Shown: positions 19,090 through 29,366, counted from the stretch's first letter. The stretch: 64,000 nucleotides of DNA from Candidatus Spongiisociaceae bacterium (GCA_965243165.1 OZ251535.1:1602246-1666245), one strand, 5' to 3'. The notes: generated by a model not told the origin, from the sequence alone. A program made the numbers and translations.

Positions 19090-22000
19090 ATGGGCAACCC
19101 AGGTAGATCAGTTTCCCAGAGATGGGAAGGTCCTGATGGACCGCTCGGCGAGTACATCCGTAAGGAGACTCATAATACGTTAGAAGCGTATCGAAATCAA
19201 CCTAACTATGTTGATAGAGATGGCAAGGCTGAGGAATCCAAGGCAAAAGGTGGTTACGCTGGCCGTCAGTTGTTAGAGCTGGTTCAGAACAGCGCCGATG
19301 CTTTGGAAGGAACCAAAGGTGGACGTATAGAGGTGCATCTGGATCAAAATTATCTCTATTGTGCTGACAACGGCAATCCTATCGGCAAAGACGGTATAAC
19401 CGCTTTGATGTTTTCCTATCTGTCAACCAAACAAGGAGTGAACCAGATCGGCAGGTTTGGATTAGGTTTTAGATCGGTGCTAGAGATTACAGACAGTCCA
19501 GAATTCTTTTGCCGTGCGGGGTCCTTTGGTTTTTCTAGATCACGTGCCAAAGAAAAAATTGAAGACTTTTATCCCGATGCTCAATACTATCCTGTTTTGA
19601 ATTTGCCATTTCCGTTAGCACCTGAGCCAGAGTTCGAAAGTGATCCAATCCTGAAAGGACTTAGTACGTGGGCGATGAATATTGTTCGCCTTCCTTTGAA
19701 GCCAGGCGCGGGCGATGGTCTTATCAAACAGATAAGATCGTTTCCATCTGAATTGCTGTTATTCGTTGAGCATGTGAAGGAGATGAAGCTTTCAATGAAA
19801 GAATATTGTTCTAAGGTGACTCTTGAAAGAGTTGATGACTTATATCTTCTCCATAAGGATGATGATCACAGTCTTTGGAAACTTTTTGAGTGCATCTATG
19901 AGCTATCTGACGAGGCTTTAGAAGACGCGAAACCAGTTTATGAAGAGGACAGTGTCCTTATCACCTGGGCTGTACCAATTGATCGGATGAACGCTCCGAG
20001 TTATAAGAATTTTTGGATTTTCTTCCCTACGAAAACAGCAAGTCTTGTAGCAGGTATTCTCAATGCTCGCTGGAAGCCACATGAAGACCGTCATAACCTA
20101 CTATCAGGGGCTTATAATAAAGAACTTATTGATGACACGGCTGATCTTATTATCGACTATTTAGATCAGCTTTCCACTGATGATGATCCAGCTCAACATT
20201 TGGATGCCTTACCGCGCCGACTTGAATCCGGTGATAGTGCACTCACAAATCAACTCCGTGACAAGCTATATTCTGGTCTAGTAGAGCATGAGGTGGTTCC
20301 AGATCAGGATGGCCAATTGCAGAAGATTCGAGACATTTCATATCCGCCGATCAATCTGCCAGTAGAGGCACTAAATATGTGGTCCGATTGCAAGGTTCGA
20401 CCTTCAGAATGGCTCCATCATACGGCTCGTACTCGTACAAGATTCTCGGTTATAGAAAGGATATTCGAATTTGCTAAAAATGGTCGGAGTAGTTTGCTAT
20501 ATTCATATTTACAAATTGGAAGTTCCAGACATGTCCCGGTTTCTAGCCTATCCGAATGGTTGGAGGCATTGGTAAATACTGCTAGCTCGGAAGAAGATTC
20601 TGTTCACGCTTCAATAGTTGCTGTCCAGATTGCTGCTATATTGATTGACGATGATAAATGGCAGGACACAGAATTTGGTAATATCTTGCTTTCAGCTAGT
20701 AATAACTGGTGTCTTCTTGATGCAGATAGTCTCTTTTTGGGCGGAGAGGAGGAACATACAGATATGTCAAAAGCAAGCCTTGTGCATCCTCAATTGGAAT
20801 CCGATCCTGAAACCCTGAGAATCTTGCAAGAATATTTTCGATTTGATTCAATGAGCTCAGAATTAGCCTTCCGAAGAAAGGTTGAAGATCTGTACCAAAG
20901 GGGAGAATGGGAGAAACTTTGGACTATATCCCGAGATGCTAATGCATTGTGGTTACAGATTATTCAGGATCAGCCTTGCTGGTATAATGTTCTTCGGCTC
21001 CGTAGTGTGTCTGGTGAGTGGTATCGCTTTTCAGAGTTACTATTACCGGGATATATTGTGCCTAGTGATGGTAGTCGAGATGCCATAAATGCTATTGATA
21101 TAGAGTATCATCATCAAGACCTTGACCTTGTGCAAAAACTCGGCATGCCCGATAGACCGATAGAGAATTATGATTATAAAGAAATAGAATCTCGAGAGTA
21201 CAATAGGTATAAATATATTTGTTATAGACAATATCTTGACGAAGAATTCCTTTATTCACATCCACGAAGAAACTTGATGGAATTTGATGATCATATGGCG
21301 ATAGGTCCTCTTAAATTATTCGAATACCTGTCTGAAGAGGGTAATGCATTATACACAGAGGCAATCCTTGAATATGACAGCATATTTGAGCCTTGGATAT
21401 TAAGGTATAAAGGGAAATCTACAGAGTACCCCAGTAAGGAGTTTGACTCCCCAGCTATAAAAGCTCTGTTAGAGGATGGTCATATCAGAGTAGGTAATTA
21501 CGGTATTTCTAAACTCTCAGATGGACTAGGCATTAAACCAAAGTCTGAACATGTGAGACGTTGGCTTCTTGAGCACCGTAATTCTAGCCTCTTTCGCAAA
21601 GCTTTTGATATAGAGATAGTTCCAACTATTGAGTTGCTAGGCAAAAGCACGCCGGTTCTTTTAGTTGATGAATGGCCGGGATTAAAACAACATTTAAACC
21701 GTCTTGGATTATCAGACCTTGAATTGATACGGTGTAATCAAATTGGCTTTGATAGTAGCGGTTTTGAGCTAAGCTGTTGGGTAAAGGGAGATAATATATA
21801 TACTTTAGGTGGAGATGAAAGGGATGAACTCCAAGCGATAGTTCTAGAGATCAAGCTGTCGCTTACAGAATCCGAGATAACACAGATCATCTCTCGACAG
21901 ACGGCTGAGGATATCAAAGCAGCTCGCGCCAAAATCCGTAGTAAGTCAACGGATGCCGAACGGTTACTAGCCGCAGTGGGTGAAAGAGCATTGATACACG

Positions 22001-23541
22001 GACTTCCCGCGGCTTTAAGGCGGTACAGAGAGGAAGAAGATCAAGAAGCAGCTGGTATCAGGGCTGCTGAGGCAACTATAGCTATTTACGATGTCGGAGC
22101 TCTATGGGAATATCGAGACCTTCTCCAGGATTTAAGTCCACCAAGTAGATGGGCAGGAAGCCGGCCAGCAGTTGAATTCGTTAGATCGCTCGGGTTTAGC
22201 GAAGAATGGGCTGGACAATCTAGAAGAGGTCGTCCGCCATTTATTGAAGTTGACGGTCCATTTAATTTACCTAAGCTTCATGATTATCAGCGTAAGATAG
22301 CCAACAATCTGAGAGCGATGTTGCGACGAGATATTCTTGAAAGAAGACGCGGCCTCATAAGTCTGCCAACGGGGGCAGGTAAGACGCTCGTAGCAGTCCA
22401 AGCTATTGTTGAAGCAATACGCAACGATGAATATACGGGGGGCGTGCTTTGGATCGCCGATCGAGACGAGCTTTGTGAGCAGGCAGTAGAGGCATGGCGA
22501 CGAGTTTGGTCCAACATAGGAGTTGATGCGGCCCCTTTGCGTATTTCCAGATTATGGCAGGGTAATAAGAATCCTACACCAGTGGGCTTTCAGCATGTCA
22601 TCGTTGCATCTATACAAACACTGAATAGTCGGGTGGTCAGGCAATCTGAAGATAGTAGATTTCTTGAGGCCTTCAAGTTAGTGGTATTTGATGAAGCACA
22701 TCATTCAATTGCACCTAGCTATACACAGGTTATGGCTAAACTTGGATTGACCTTTAGGCGAAAAGAAGATGAACCCTTCTTGATCGGACTGACTGCTACA
22801 CCATACCGCGGGCACAATGAGGAGGAAACACAGCGTCTAGCTAAACGCTATGAGCAGAACAGACTAGATGCTGGGGCTTTTTCAAGTGCTTATGTAGATC
22901 ATTTTTCAAGTGCTTATGCAGATCAAATGACTAACCAACTGCAAGATACAAGAGTCTTGGCGTTCGCCGATCATGAAACTATTGAAGGAGGTGATTTTAC
23001 TCTCACTAAAGAAGCATTACAAGAAATGCTTGAAAAAGGAGTTGCTTGGCTCCCGCCAAGCTTTGAAATTGCGATGGGACTAGACCGTGATAGAACACGG
23101 CGTATTCTTAGGGCGTACGATGAACATATTCGCGGCCAAGGCTGGCCAACACTTATTTTTGCTACTTCAGTAGACCATGCTAGAACATTGGCTGCTCTGC
23201 TTAATGAAGCTGGAGTAACTGCAAGGTCAGTAGATGGAACTACCCCGCATGTGGTTCGTCGTAAAATTGTCAAAGATTTTAGGGCTGGTCAAATTGAGGC
23301 ACTAGTGAACTATAATGTGTTTACTGAGGGGTTTGATGCTCCGCAAACGCGGGCGATCATGGTAGCACGTCCTGTCTATAGCCCCAATCTATATTTCCAG
23401 ATGATCGGGCGAGGTTTACGCGGGCCAAAAAACGGCGGCAATGAAAGGTGCTTGATCCTCAACGTCAAGGACAACATTGTGAACTACGAGGAGAAGCTTG
23501 CTTTCACAGAGCTGGATTGGCTTTGGGCAGACGGACATTGA
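19090..23541 (+). CDS. Giant (1483 aa) fusion protein with an N-terminal MORC/sacsin-type GHKL ATPase, a ~700-aa uncharacterised middle region and a C-terminal DEAH-box SF2 helicase (ResIII-like); candidate single-gene defence/restriction protein
   Basis: Low GC (~42%) against ~69% flanks. N-terminal Bergerat-fold motifs LELVQNSADA...DNGNPIG...GRFGLGFRS. C-terminal helicase motifs: I (PTGAGKT), II (VFDEAHH), III (TATP), VI (QMIGRGLR). Confidence 0.8.
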   Translation: MGNPGRSVSQRWEGPDGPLGEYIRKETHNTLEAYRNQPNYVDRDGKAEESKAKGGYAGRQLLELVQNSADALEGTKGGRIEVHLDQNYLYCADNGNPIGKDGITALMFSYLSTKQGVNQIGRFGLGFRSVLEITDSPEFFCRAGSFGFSRSRAKEKIEDFYPDAQYYPVLNLPFPLAPEPEFESDPILKGLSTWAMNIVRLPLKPGAGDGLIKQIRSFPSELLLFVEHVKEMKLSMKEYCSKVTLERVDDLYLLHKDDDHSLWKLFECIYELSDEALEDAKPVYEEDSVLITWAVPIDRMNAPSYKNFWIFFPTKTASLVAGILNARWKPHEDRHNLLSGAYNKELIDDTADLIIDYLDQLSTDDDPAQHLDALPRRLESGDSALTNQLRDKLYSGLVEHEVVPDQDGQLQKIRDISYPPINLPVEALNMWSDCKVRPSEWLHHTARTRTRFSVIERIFEFAKNGRSSLLYSYLQIGSSRHVPVSSLSEWLEALVNTASSEEDSVHASIVAVQIAAILIDDDKWQDTEFGNILLSASNNWCLLDADSLFLGGEEEHTDMSKASLVHPQLESDPETLRILQEYFRFDSMSSELAFRRKVEDLYQRGEWEKLWTISRDANALWLQIIQDQPCWYNVLRLRSVSGEWYRFSELLLPGYIVPSDGSRDAINAIDIEYHHQDLDLVQKLGMPDRPIENYDYKEIESREYNRYKYICYRQYLDEEFLYSHPRRNLMEFDDHMAIGPLKLFEYLSEEGNALYTEAILEYDSIFEPWILRYKGKSTEYPSKEFDSPAIKALLEDGHIRVGNYGISKLSDGLGIKPKSEHVRRWLLEHRNSSLFRKAFDIEIVPTIELLGKSTPVLLVDEWPGLKQHLNRLGLSDLELIRCNQIGFDSSGFELSCWVKGDNIYTLGGDERDELQAIVLEIKLSLTESEITQIISRQTAEDIKAARAKIRSKSTDAERLLAAVGERALIHGLPAALRRYREEEDQEAAGIRAAEATIAIYDVGALWEYRDLLQDLSPPSRWAGSRPAVEFVRSLGFSEEWAGQSRRGRPPFIEVDGPFNLPKLHDYQRKIANNLRAMLRRDILERRRGLISLPTGAGKTLVAVQAIVEAIRNDEYTGGVLWIADRDELCEQAVEAWRRVWSNIGVDAAPLRISRLWQGNKNPTPVGFQHVIVASIQTLNSRVVRQSEDSRFLEAFKLVVFDEAHHSIAPSYTQVMAKLGLTFRRKEDEPFLIGLTATPYRGHNEEETQRLAKRYEQNRLDAGAFSSAYVDHFSSAYADQMTNQLQDTRVLAFADHETIEGGDFTLTKEALQEMLEKGVAWLPPSFEIAMGLDRDRTRRILRAYDEHIRGQGWPTLIFATSVDHARTLAALLNEAGVTARSVDGTTPHVVRRKIVKDFRAGQIEALVNYNVFTEGFDAPQTRAIMVARPVYSPNLYFQMIGRGLRGPKNGGNERCLILNVKDNIVNYEEKLAFTELDWLWADGH

Positions 23542-24093
23542 TGCTAGATGATCCTTTGCTGTTGGGCCAGACTGGCTCGTTCTGTCGGCGGCACTCTTGG
23601 CGGCGTGCGGCTCGGTGGCACAAGATATATCCCCGAGCCTCACGACCCACGAATCATTCCGTCTGCTTCCGAGGCGGCGGCGATTTCTCCGTCTTATGAC
23701 GTATTGACAGCCGATACCATGAGCTTTCAGGATGGTTTGGAGATAAACGGGCTCTTCGGAAACGAGAGAGGTAGGGGCAGGGCGGAGGTGTCATGGTCAG
23801 GTTTTGTTTGCGAGTGCCGCGTCCTGGTGTCCGTCCCGAGAGGGGCGGATCTGGTTGAAAGCCGCTGGCATGGACCATCTGGCAGCCTCACCCGCACCGG
23901 TAGATTCAGGTTTAGAGTGGCAACACTCAGCTCAGCTATCATTACCGGCTGTGATTGCATTCCCCTCTCCCGACTGGACATACCAGCCTCGCGCCGCCCG
24001 TGACCTACCCGACGTGATGGAAGCGCCGGACAGGCGGGGGCCGTTCGTGGTGCCCATCTCCCTCATTTTGAAGAGGCGGATTAGGGTGAAACG

Positions 24094-24336
24094 ATGAGCC
24101 GGAGTGATTGGAGCGGGTTCGGGTGGCGTCCGGCCCTCGCCGCCGTGTTGATTGGGTGGTTCTTGCCGGTTGCGGCTCTTTGGGCGGCTGTCATCGTTGC
24201 CTTGTTCTCGCTGTGGGCCTGGCGGGCCGAGGGGAGGCGCCGGGCCGGTCTGCTGCTGGGCGCCGCTTCGTGCATGGCGGCGGCCGCCGGCCTCCGTCTG
24301 CTGTCGGCGGTTCCTGTTGTCATCGAGATGACTTGA
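24094..24336 (+). CDS. Small hypothetical membrane protein
   Basis: 80 aa with two TM helices. An agggtga RBS-like sequence upstream. Weak support. Confidence 0.3.
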   Translation: MSRSDWSGFGWRPALAAVLIGWFLPVAALWAAVIVALFSLWAWRAEGRRRAGLLLGAASCMAAAAGLRLLSAVPVVIEMT

Positions 24337-24462
24337 TTCCTGGGTTTCTGGCCGACAGTGGTATGTTGATTGATAAACAAGAACAAGATCGTTCGCTAGT
24401 ATCAGGCCGAAGTACGAGGCGGCGCCGCGATCGGACAGCGGTCAGGACGGGGAAAATCGGAA

Positions 24463-24975
24463 ATGGCGGAATCGACAGGCCGGATCATCGACGACGGGAT
24501 CGACTGGAGGCTCGGCAACTGGGGGGAGGTGGTGCCGGACGACTACCGCAGGATCGAGGCGGCGGCCCGGATGGAACAGCTCGCCGGCGTCTTGTCGGAC
24601 GAGATGGATCGGGTGGCGGACGAGGAAGGCCTGATCAACCAGGGCGACTACAAGGTCCTGTCGACGGTGCGGTTGGCGGAGCACAGGGGCGAACCCATCA
24701 CCGCCATCGAAGTGGCGCGGCGGTTGGAGATGACGGCGGCGACCATGGTCAACCGGATCGACCGGCTGGAGGCGCTCGGCTACGTCCGGCGGAACCCCCA
24801 CCCGCTCGACCGGAGGGCGGCCTACCTGGGCATCACCTCAGAGGGGATAGCCTGCGCGGAGAGGACGGTCCGCCGGCGCACCGAGGTGCGGGAGCGTTAC
24901 CTGTCGGCGCTGACCAAAAGAGAGCGCCAATCCTTCACCAGGTTGCTGCGGAAGCTGGCCGCGGCTTGGATGTAG
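24463..24975 (+). CDS. MarR-family transcriptional regulator
   Basis: Winged HTH ...ITAIEVARRLEMTAATMVNRIDRLEALGYVRR..DRR. Confidence 0.8.
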   Translation: MAESTGRIIDDGIDWRLGNWGEVVPDDYRRIEAAARMEQLAGVLSDEMDRVADEEGLINQGDYKVLSTVRLAEHRGEPITAIEVARRLEMTAATMVNRIDRLEALGYVRRNPHPLDRRAAYLGITSEGIACAERTVRRRTEVRERYLSALTKRERQSFTRLLRKLAAAWM

Positions 24976-24993
24976 GGCCCCCGGCGGGTTGGT

Positions 24994-25806
24994 TCAGCCT
25001 GACGCCCGTTCCTGCAGGAATCGTTCGAGGGCCCCTTCTCGCCGGGCAGTAGGAGCGAGCGGCGTCCGTTTGCCGTCAGAGCGGACGAGCGCGCCGCGCC
25101 GGGTGAGTTCATCGAGCCTCTCCTCGAGCGCCGCCGGGGATGGGCCGCCGGGGCCGGCCTCGGAGATCGTCACCAGCAGGACGCCGGCGTCCGCCTCGAC
25201 CGTTGTCTCGGGGCCGAGGGCCCGGTTGCTGATTCCCAGGGACGAGCCGGCTTCGAGGGCTTCGCCATGCAGGTTCCACTTCGCTCCGGTGATGGTTACC
25301 CCGGCTGCGGTTCCGCCGAGGGGAATCACGCTGAAGACGGCCCCGGCTGCGGCGGGGAGGGTGAGCGGGCCCCGGCCGCCGTGCACCGTATAGGCCGTCT
25401 CCCGCTCCATCACCCAGCGCACCCGGGTATTCCGCAGGGCCGGGGAGGCGATCACCGCCGCGTTCCCCAGCAGGTGGTCGAGCCGCCCCCCGCCCCCTCC
25501 GATCACCGTGATCTCGTCCGCCCCCCGCCGGAGGGCCGCCGCCAGCGCCAGCTCCAGGTCGGTGGCGTCCTTGTCGGGCGGGTGAGCCTCTATCTCGGTT
25601 CCTTCGTCGAACACCGCGTCGAGCGCCTCTTTGCCGATCGAGTCGAGGTCGCCCACCAGGACGTCCACCGTCCGCCCTGCGGCCGCCGCCAGACGGGCGC
25701 CCGAGTCCGCCGCCAGCACCAGGCCGGGGGCGGGAAGGCCGGCCAGCCGCCCGGCCGAGACCGGATCGCCTCCGGTGAATATATGGACGGAGAGCGCGGC
25801 GCGCAT
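24994..25806 (-). CDS. Thiamine pyrophosphokinase
   Basis: 270 aa. Motif VGDLDSI...DKDATDLELAL, the TPK catalytic signature. The ATG overlaps the stop of the upstream propeller gene. Confidence 0.75.
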   Translation of the reverse strand: MRAALSVHIFTGGDPVSAGRLAGLPAPGLVLAADSGARLAAAAGRTVDVLVGDLDSIGKEALDAVFDEGTEIEAHPPDKDATDLELALAAALRRGADEITVIGGGGGRLDHLLGNAAVIASPALRNTRVRWVMERETAYTVHGGRGPLTLPAAAGAVFSVIPLGGTAAGVTITGAKWNLHGEALEAGSSLGISNRALGPETTVEADAGVLLVTISEAGPGGPSPAALEERLDELTRRGALVRSDGKRTPLAPTARREGALERFLQERASG

Positions 25807-27266
25807 CAGGAAGAGGGCGTCGGGGAGGCCGGAGAGAAGGCCGCCATGGAGCCGGGCCCCACCAGGATGGGGTTTTCTTCGTCCAGGGGCTGGAAGAACA
25901 CGTAGTCGTCGTTGCGGTCGAAGGCTGCATACACGAAGCCGGAGCTGTCGGGCGCCCAGAGGTCGTGGCTCAGGTCGTACTGGCCCCAGAAGAGCAGGTA
26001 GCTGCGCAGGAAGGTGTCGGTAGGAACGATGTCCTGGTAGCGGGTGATGCCCCCCGAATCGTAGACGCTCACCGTCATGGCGTTGAGGCCGGCGCCCAGC
26101 AGGAGGATCTTGCGGCTGTCGGGGCTCCACTGCCAGGCGAAGGCGCCGGGGGCGTCGATCTCCTCCGTGCGCCCGGCGGCGAGGTCCACCACCCGCATGG
26201 CCGTGGTCGTTCCGAGGTTCTGTATGGAGTAGGCCACCGACTCCCCGTCGGGCGACAGGGAGAAGTTGAAGTAGCCGGCGCCCCTGCCCAACACCTCGAT
26301 CTCTCCGGTGTCGAGGTCGTGGATGACCAGCTCGTCCCGCCGTTCTTCCGGGCTGTCCGGGTCTGCGCCGCCCGGTTCGGGGGGGCGGACGTAGAGGATC
26401 GACCGGCCCTCGTCGGTCCAGGCCGCCGCTTGGAAATCGGAGTTGGCGGGAACGGGGGCCTCGAGGGGAGAGGAGTCCCCCGTGTCCGGGTCCAGCAACG
26501 CCAGGCTGGTCCTGCCCAGGCGGGTGATCAGCTCGTTCCCCTCCGGGGACCAATGGAAGTAATAGGAAGTGGACGAGTTCATCGGGACGACGGCCTCGCG
26601 GTCGAGGTCGAGGATGGCCAGGGCCACCCGGCCCGGATCGGGCGAACCGAGCATCCCCAGCGCCCGCCCGTCGGGGCGCCACTGCATGTAGTAGACCCCG
26701 AACGGCGTTTCGTAGGAGCGCGCCGCACCCCCCTCCGCCCGGCCCACCGACACCGAGGCGCCCTCCGGGGAGATGCGCGCCCAGGCCACCAGGCTCCCGT
26801 CCGGCGACCAGGTGGGTTGGCTCACGAACTCCCCCTCGGCCGCGTACAGCTCGACCTGTTCGGTGTTGGGGCCGAAGACGGTGACCGACCGGCCGGAGGG
26901 CCCGTTCACCGCCATCTGCATGGCTTCCAGGTCGAGTTCTCGCGGCGAGATGTCCAGCGGGGCGGGCGGGCGGGGGGCGTCCTGTCCGGGTTCGGCGGGG
27001 GCGTCCGTTGTCGTCTGGCCGGCGGCCGGGGCGGCTTCGGCGGCGTCCGATCCGGAAGGGTCCGCTTCTGCCGCCTCCGTCGGGGACGGTCGGGTTTCGG
27101 CGGCGGCCGGAGCGGTGGATGCGGGGGGAAGGGCCGTCTCCGGCGCGCCCTCGAAGACCACTTCGCTGCCGGATGAAGAGCAGGCGGCGGTGAGGAGGAT
27201 TCCGGCGGCGAGCAGGGCGGCGGCCGACGATGCGGGGCGCCTGGCGTGAGCCGCGCGGGTCGTCAT
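25806..27266 (-). CDS. Secreted/lipoprotein beta-propeller protein (TolB/PD40-like WD40 repeats)
   Basis: Start at MTTRAAH with a lipobox LLTAACSSS. Repeated ...SPDG...WSPDG... blades. Confidence 0.7.
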   Translation of the reverse strand: MTTRAAHARRPASSAAALLAAGILLTAACSSSGSEVVFEGAPETALPPASTAPAAAETRPSPTEAAEADPSGSDAAEAAPAAGQTTTDAPAEPGQDAPRPPAPLDISPRELDLEAMQMAVNGPSGRSVTVFGPNTEQVELYAAEGEFVSQPTWSPDGSLVAWARISPEGASVSVGRAEGGAARSYETPFGVYYMQWRPDGRALGMLGSPDPGRVALAILDLDREAVVPMNSSTSYYFHWSPEGNELITRLGRTSLALLDPDTGDSSPLEAPVPANSDFQAAAWTDEGRSILYVRPPEPGGADPDSPEERRDELVIHDLDTGEIEVLGRGAGYFNFSLSPDGESVAYSIQNLGTTTAMRVVDLAAGRTEEIDAPGAFAWQWSPDSRKILLLGAGLNAMTVSVYDSGGITRYQDIVPTDTFLRSYLLFWGQYDLSHDLWAPDSSGFVYAAFDRNDDYVFFQPLDEENPILVGPGSMAAFSPASPTPSS

Positions 27267-27313
27267 GATTCGACTGTAACATGGGACCGTTGCACGAGCG
27301 GCGAGGATGGAGC

Positions 27314-27955
27314 ATGACGACCAGCGAAACAATGACCGCCGAAGCGCTGATGAACTTCAGCGAGGAGGCCGTCGAGCGGATAATCGAGATACGCGATCAG
27401 GAGCCGGGCGACGACGACTACGGCCTGCTCATCGAGATCACCGGCATGCAGGGCATACAGTTCGGCTACTCGTTGTCGTTCATTTCGCTGGCCGAAGTGG
27501 ACGCCGCCGACCACGTGGAGCGCCACGGCGGCCTGACGGTGGTCATCCCGGCCGCCGACTGTGAAAACATGTCCGGCGCCACCCTCGCCGTGTCGACCAA
27601 CCCGGCCGCTCCGGGCCTGGCCATCGACAACCCCAACAACCCTGCGCCCCCCGCCCCGCGTCCGCCCGCCGGCGACCTCACCGGCCCCATCGCCGAGCAG
27701 GCGACCCAGGTGATCGAACAGCAGATCAACCCCGCCATCGCCGCCCACGGCGGCTACGCCCGGCTGGTGAGCGAGGAGAACGGGGTGATCTACCTGGAGA
27801 TGGGCGGCGGCTGCCAGGGGTGCGGGATGGCCGCCATGACCCTGCGGCAGGGGATCGAGCGGATCCTGCGCGATTCCATTCCCGAGATCGTCGAGATCGT
27901 CGACGTCACCGACCACATGAGCGGCGAGAACCCCTACTACGCGGCGTCGCACTGA
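27314..27955 (+). CDS. Fe-S cluster biogenesis protein NfuA-like (degenerate A-type carrier domain + Nfu domain)
   Basis: N-terminal IscA/ErpA-like domain (IEITGMQGIQFGYSLSF). C-terminal Nfu domain with CQGCG. Confidence 0.7.
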   Translation: MTTSETMTAEALMNFSEEAVERIIEIRDQEPGDDDYGLLIEITGMQGIQFGYSLSFISLAEVDAADHVERHGGLTVVIPAADCENMSGATLAVSTNPAAPGLAIDNPNNPAPPAPRPPAGDLTGPIAEQATQVIEQQINPAIAAHGGYARLVSEENGVIYLEMGGGCQGCGMAAMTLRQGIERILRDSIPEIVEIVDVTDHMSGENPYYAASH

Positions 27956-28421
27956 TTTTCAAGATGAACAGCCAGGGTCGGCGGAGCCCGCCTTTCCATC
28001 CGGCTGCTGAAAGTTTGTCACACCCTCCTGATATCTTGGGGCGGTACAGAAACCGCAGCCGGTCCGGATGCTGCGGTCATACAGAGGCCGCTCCGCCCGG
28101 GGCCGGGGCTCCAAGGGCGGGGCGGTCGACCTGGCTGTGCCGAGGCGGATCGGGCGCAGAGGGCCGCAACGCGCCCTCGGCGTCCGAAGACGGTGGTTCG
28201 GCGGCGGGGGAGGGGGCCCGGCGGAAGCCGGGGCGGGGGGCGGAGAACGCGAAAAACGGTGTTCTCCGTGCTCCTCGGGCTTGGTTTCGGTTTCGAGCGG
28301 GTTGAATTCCTGTCGAGCGGCAGTGGGCGTCTCGGGTCTGCCAAGTCAGCAGCGTACGGGACAGCCGATCGACTATCGGCGCTTGGATTCGGCGGGCCCA
28401 TGGAACCGCCGGCGGGGCGGG

Positions 28422-29201
28422 TCAGTCATAGATGAACCAGCCGTCCGGCGCCTGCGGTCTGTCGGGCGGGGCGCCGTCGGCCTCGATGCCGGCCGCCGGC
28501 GCCGGTGATGTGAGCCATACGGAGCTTTCGGTTCCGAGGGAGCAGGGGTAGTCGGCGGCTTTCCGTTCTCCCAGCAGGATGCTGCATTCTGCTTCGAGCG
28601 CGCACCGCCAGGAGAAGTCGATCCGTTCCACCCCGGCGGCCTCCAGGCGGCGGGAGGTTTCCTCGAAAGTGCTCCGGCCGACGAGCTCGTCGGCGGCCGC
28701 CAGCGAGTCGACGACCACCCGCGAGGCCCGGGCCGGGCTCTCGTACCGGAGCTGGCGGGACCACGGGAGGTTGGTGTAGTCCTTCATCCAGAAGGCCCAG
28801 GCGCTGGCCGGTTCGACCAGCGGCGCCGTCCAGAGCCTGTACAAGGGCCTCCATGTGAAGAGCCCGCCCGCCTGTCCGGATGCGGACGGAACCTCTTCTC
28901 GTTCCTTTCGCCTCCGCAGGCGGCGCCTGCCGCGGGGCGGGTCCGCCAAGGTCACGTGCACCGCCGGCAGGTCGAACCGTCCGGCGAGCGCACCGCTGAG
29001 CGAACGGCACATGGCCCGGATTTCGTCGATCGCTTCGAGGTCCGCCCGGCTGGTTGCCGTCGGCCGCCCCGTGTGCTGCGCGGAGTAGAGGCTGCCCATG
29101 ATCCCGATGAGGGCGTCGGCCGCCGGGCGTTCGTCGACGGAGTTGGCTTTTTTGACCATCTTGATCAGGTCGGAGAGGCCTCCGCCGCTGAGAACATCCA
29201 T
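28422..29201 (-). CDS. Hypothetical protein
   Basis: 259 aa ORF with strongly biased high GC3. No recognisable motifs. Confidence 0.45.
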   Translation of the reverse strand: MDVLSGGGLSDLIKMVKKANSVDERPAADALIGIMGSLYSAQHTGRPTATSRADLEAIDEIRAMCRSLSGALAGRFDLPAVHVTLADPPRGRRRLRRRKEREEVPSASGQAGGLFTWRPLYRLWTAPLVEPASAWAFWMKDYTNLPWSRQLRYESPARASRVVVDSLAAADELVGRSTFEETSRRLEAAGVERIDFSWRCALEAECSILLGERKAADYPCSLGTESSVWLTSPAPAAGIEADGAPPDRPQAPDGWFIYD

Positions 29202-29334
29202 GCCGGGCGGCAGCCGTTCAGGAGTCGATGTCGATCGTCTCGGACACCCGGCCGAGCATACATGCAGCCCTTCTCGGACGGCGGTCCGGGCGGCGCCCGA
29301 AGCCGGGGAGGAGGCTCTCCAAGATTTACCCCCC

Positions 29335-29366
29335 GTTCACCCCGAGGGAGACGGCGCTTAACACCG
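29335..29366 (+). promoter_or_regulatory. Possible PHO-box-like direct repeats upstream of pstS
   Basis: GTTCACC at 29335-41 and TTAACACC 22 nt downstream, ~45-75 nt upstream of the pstS ATG. Resembles actinobacterial PhoP/RegX3 direct-repeat units. Weak. Confidence 0.25.
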
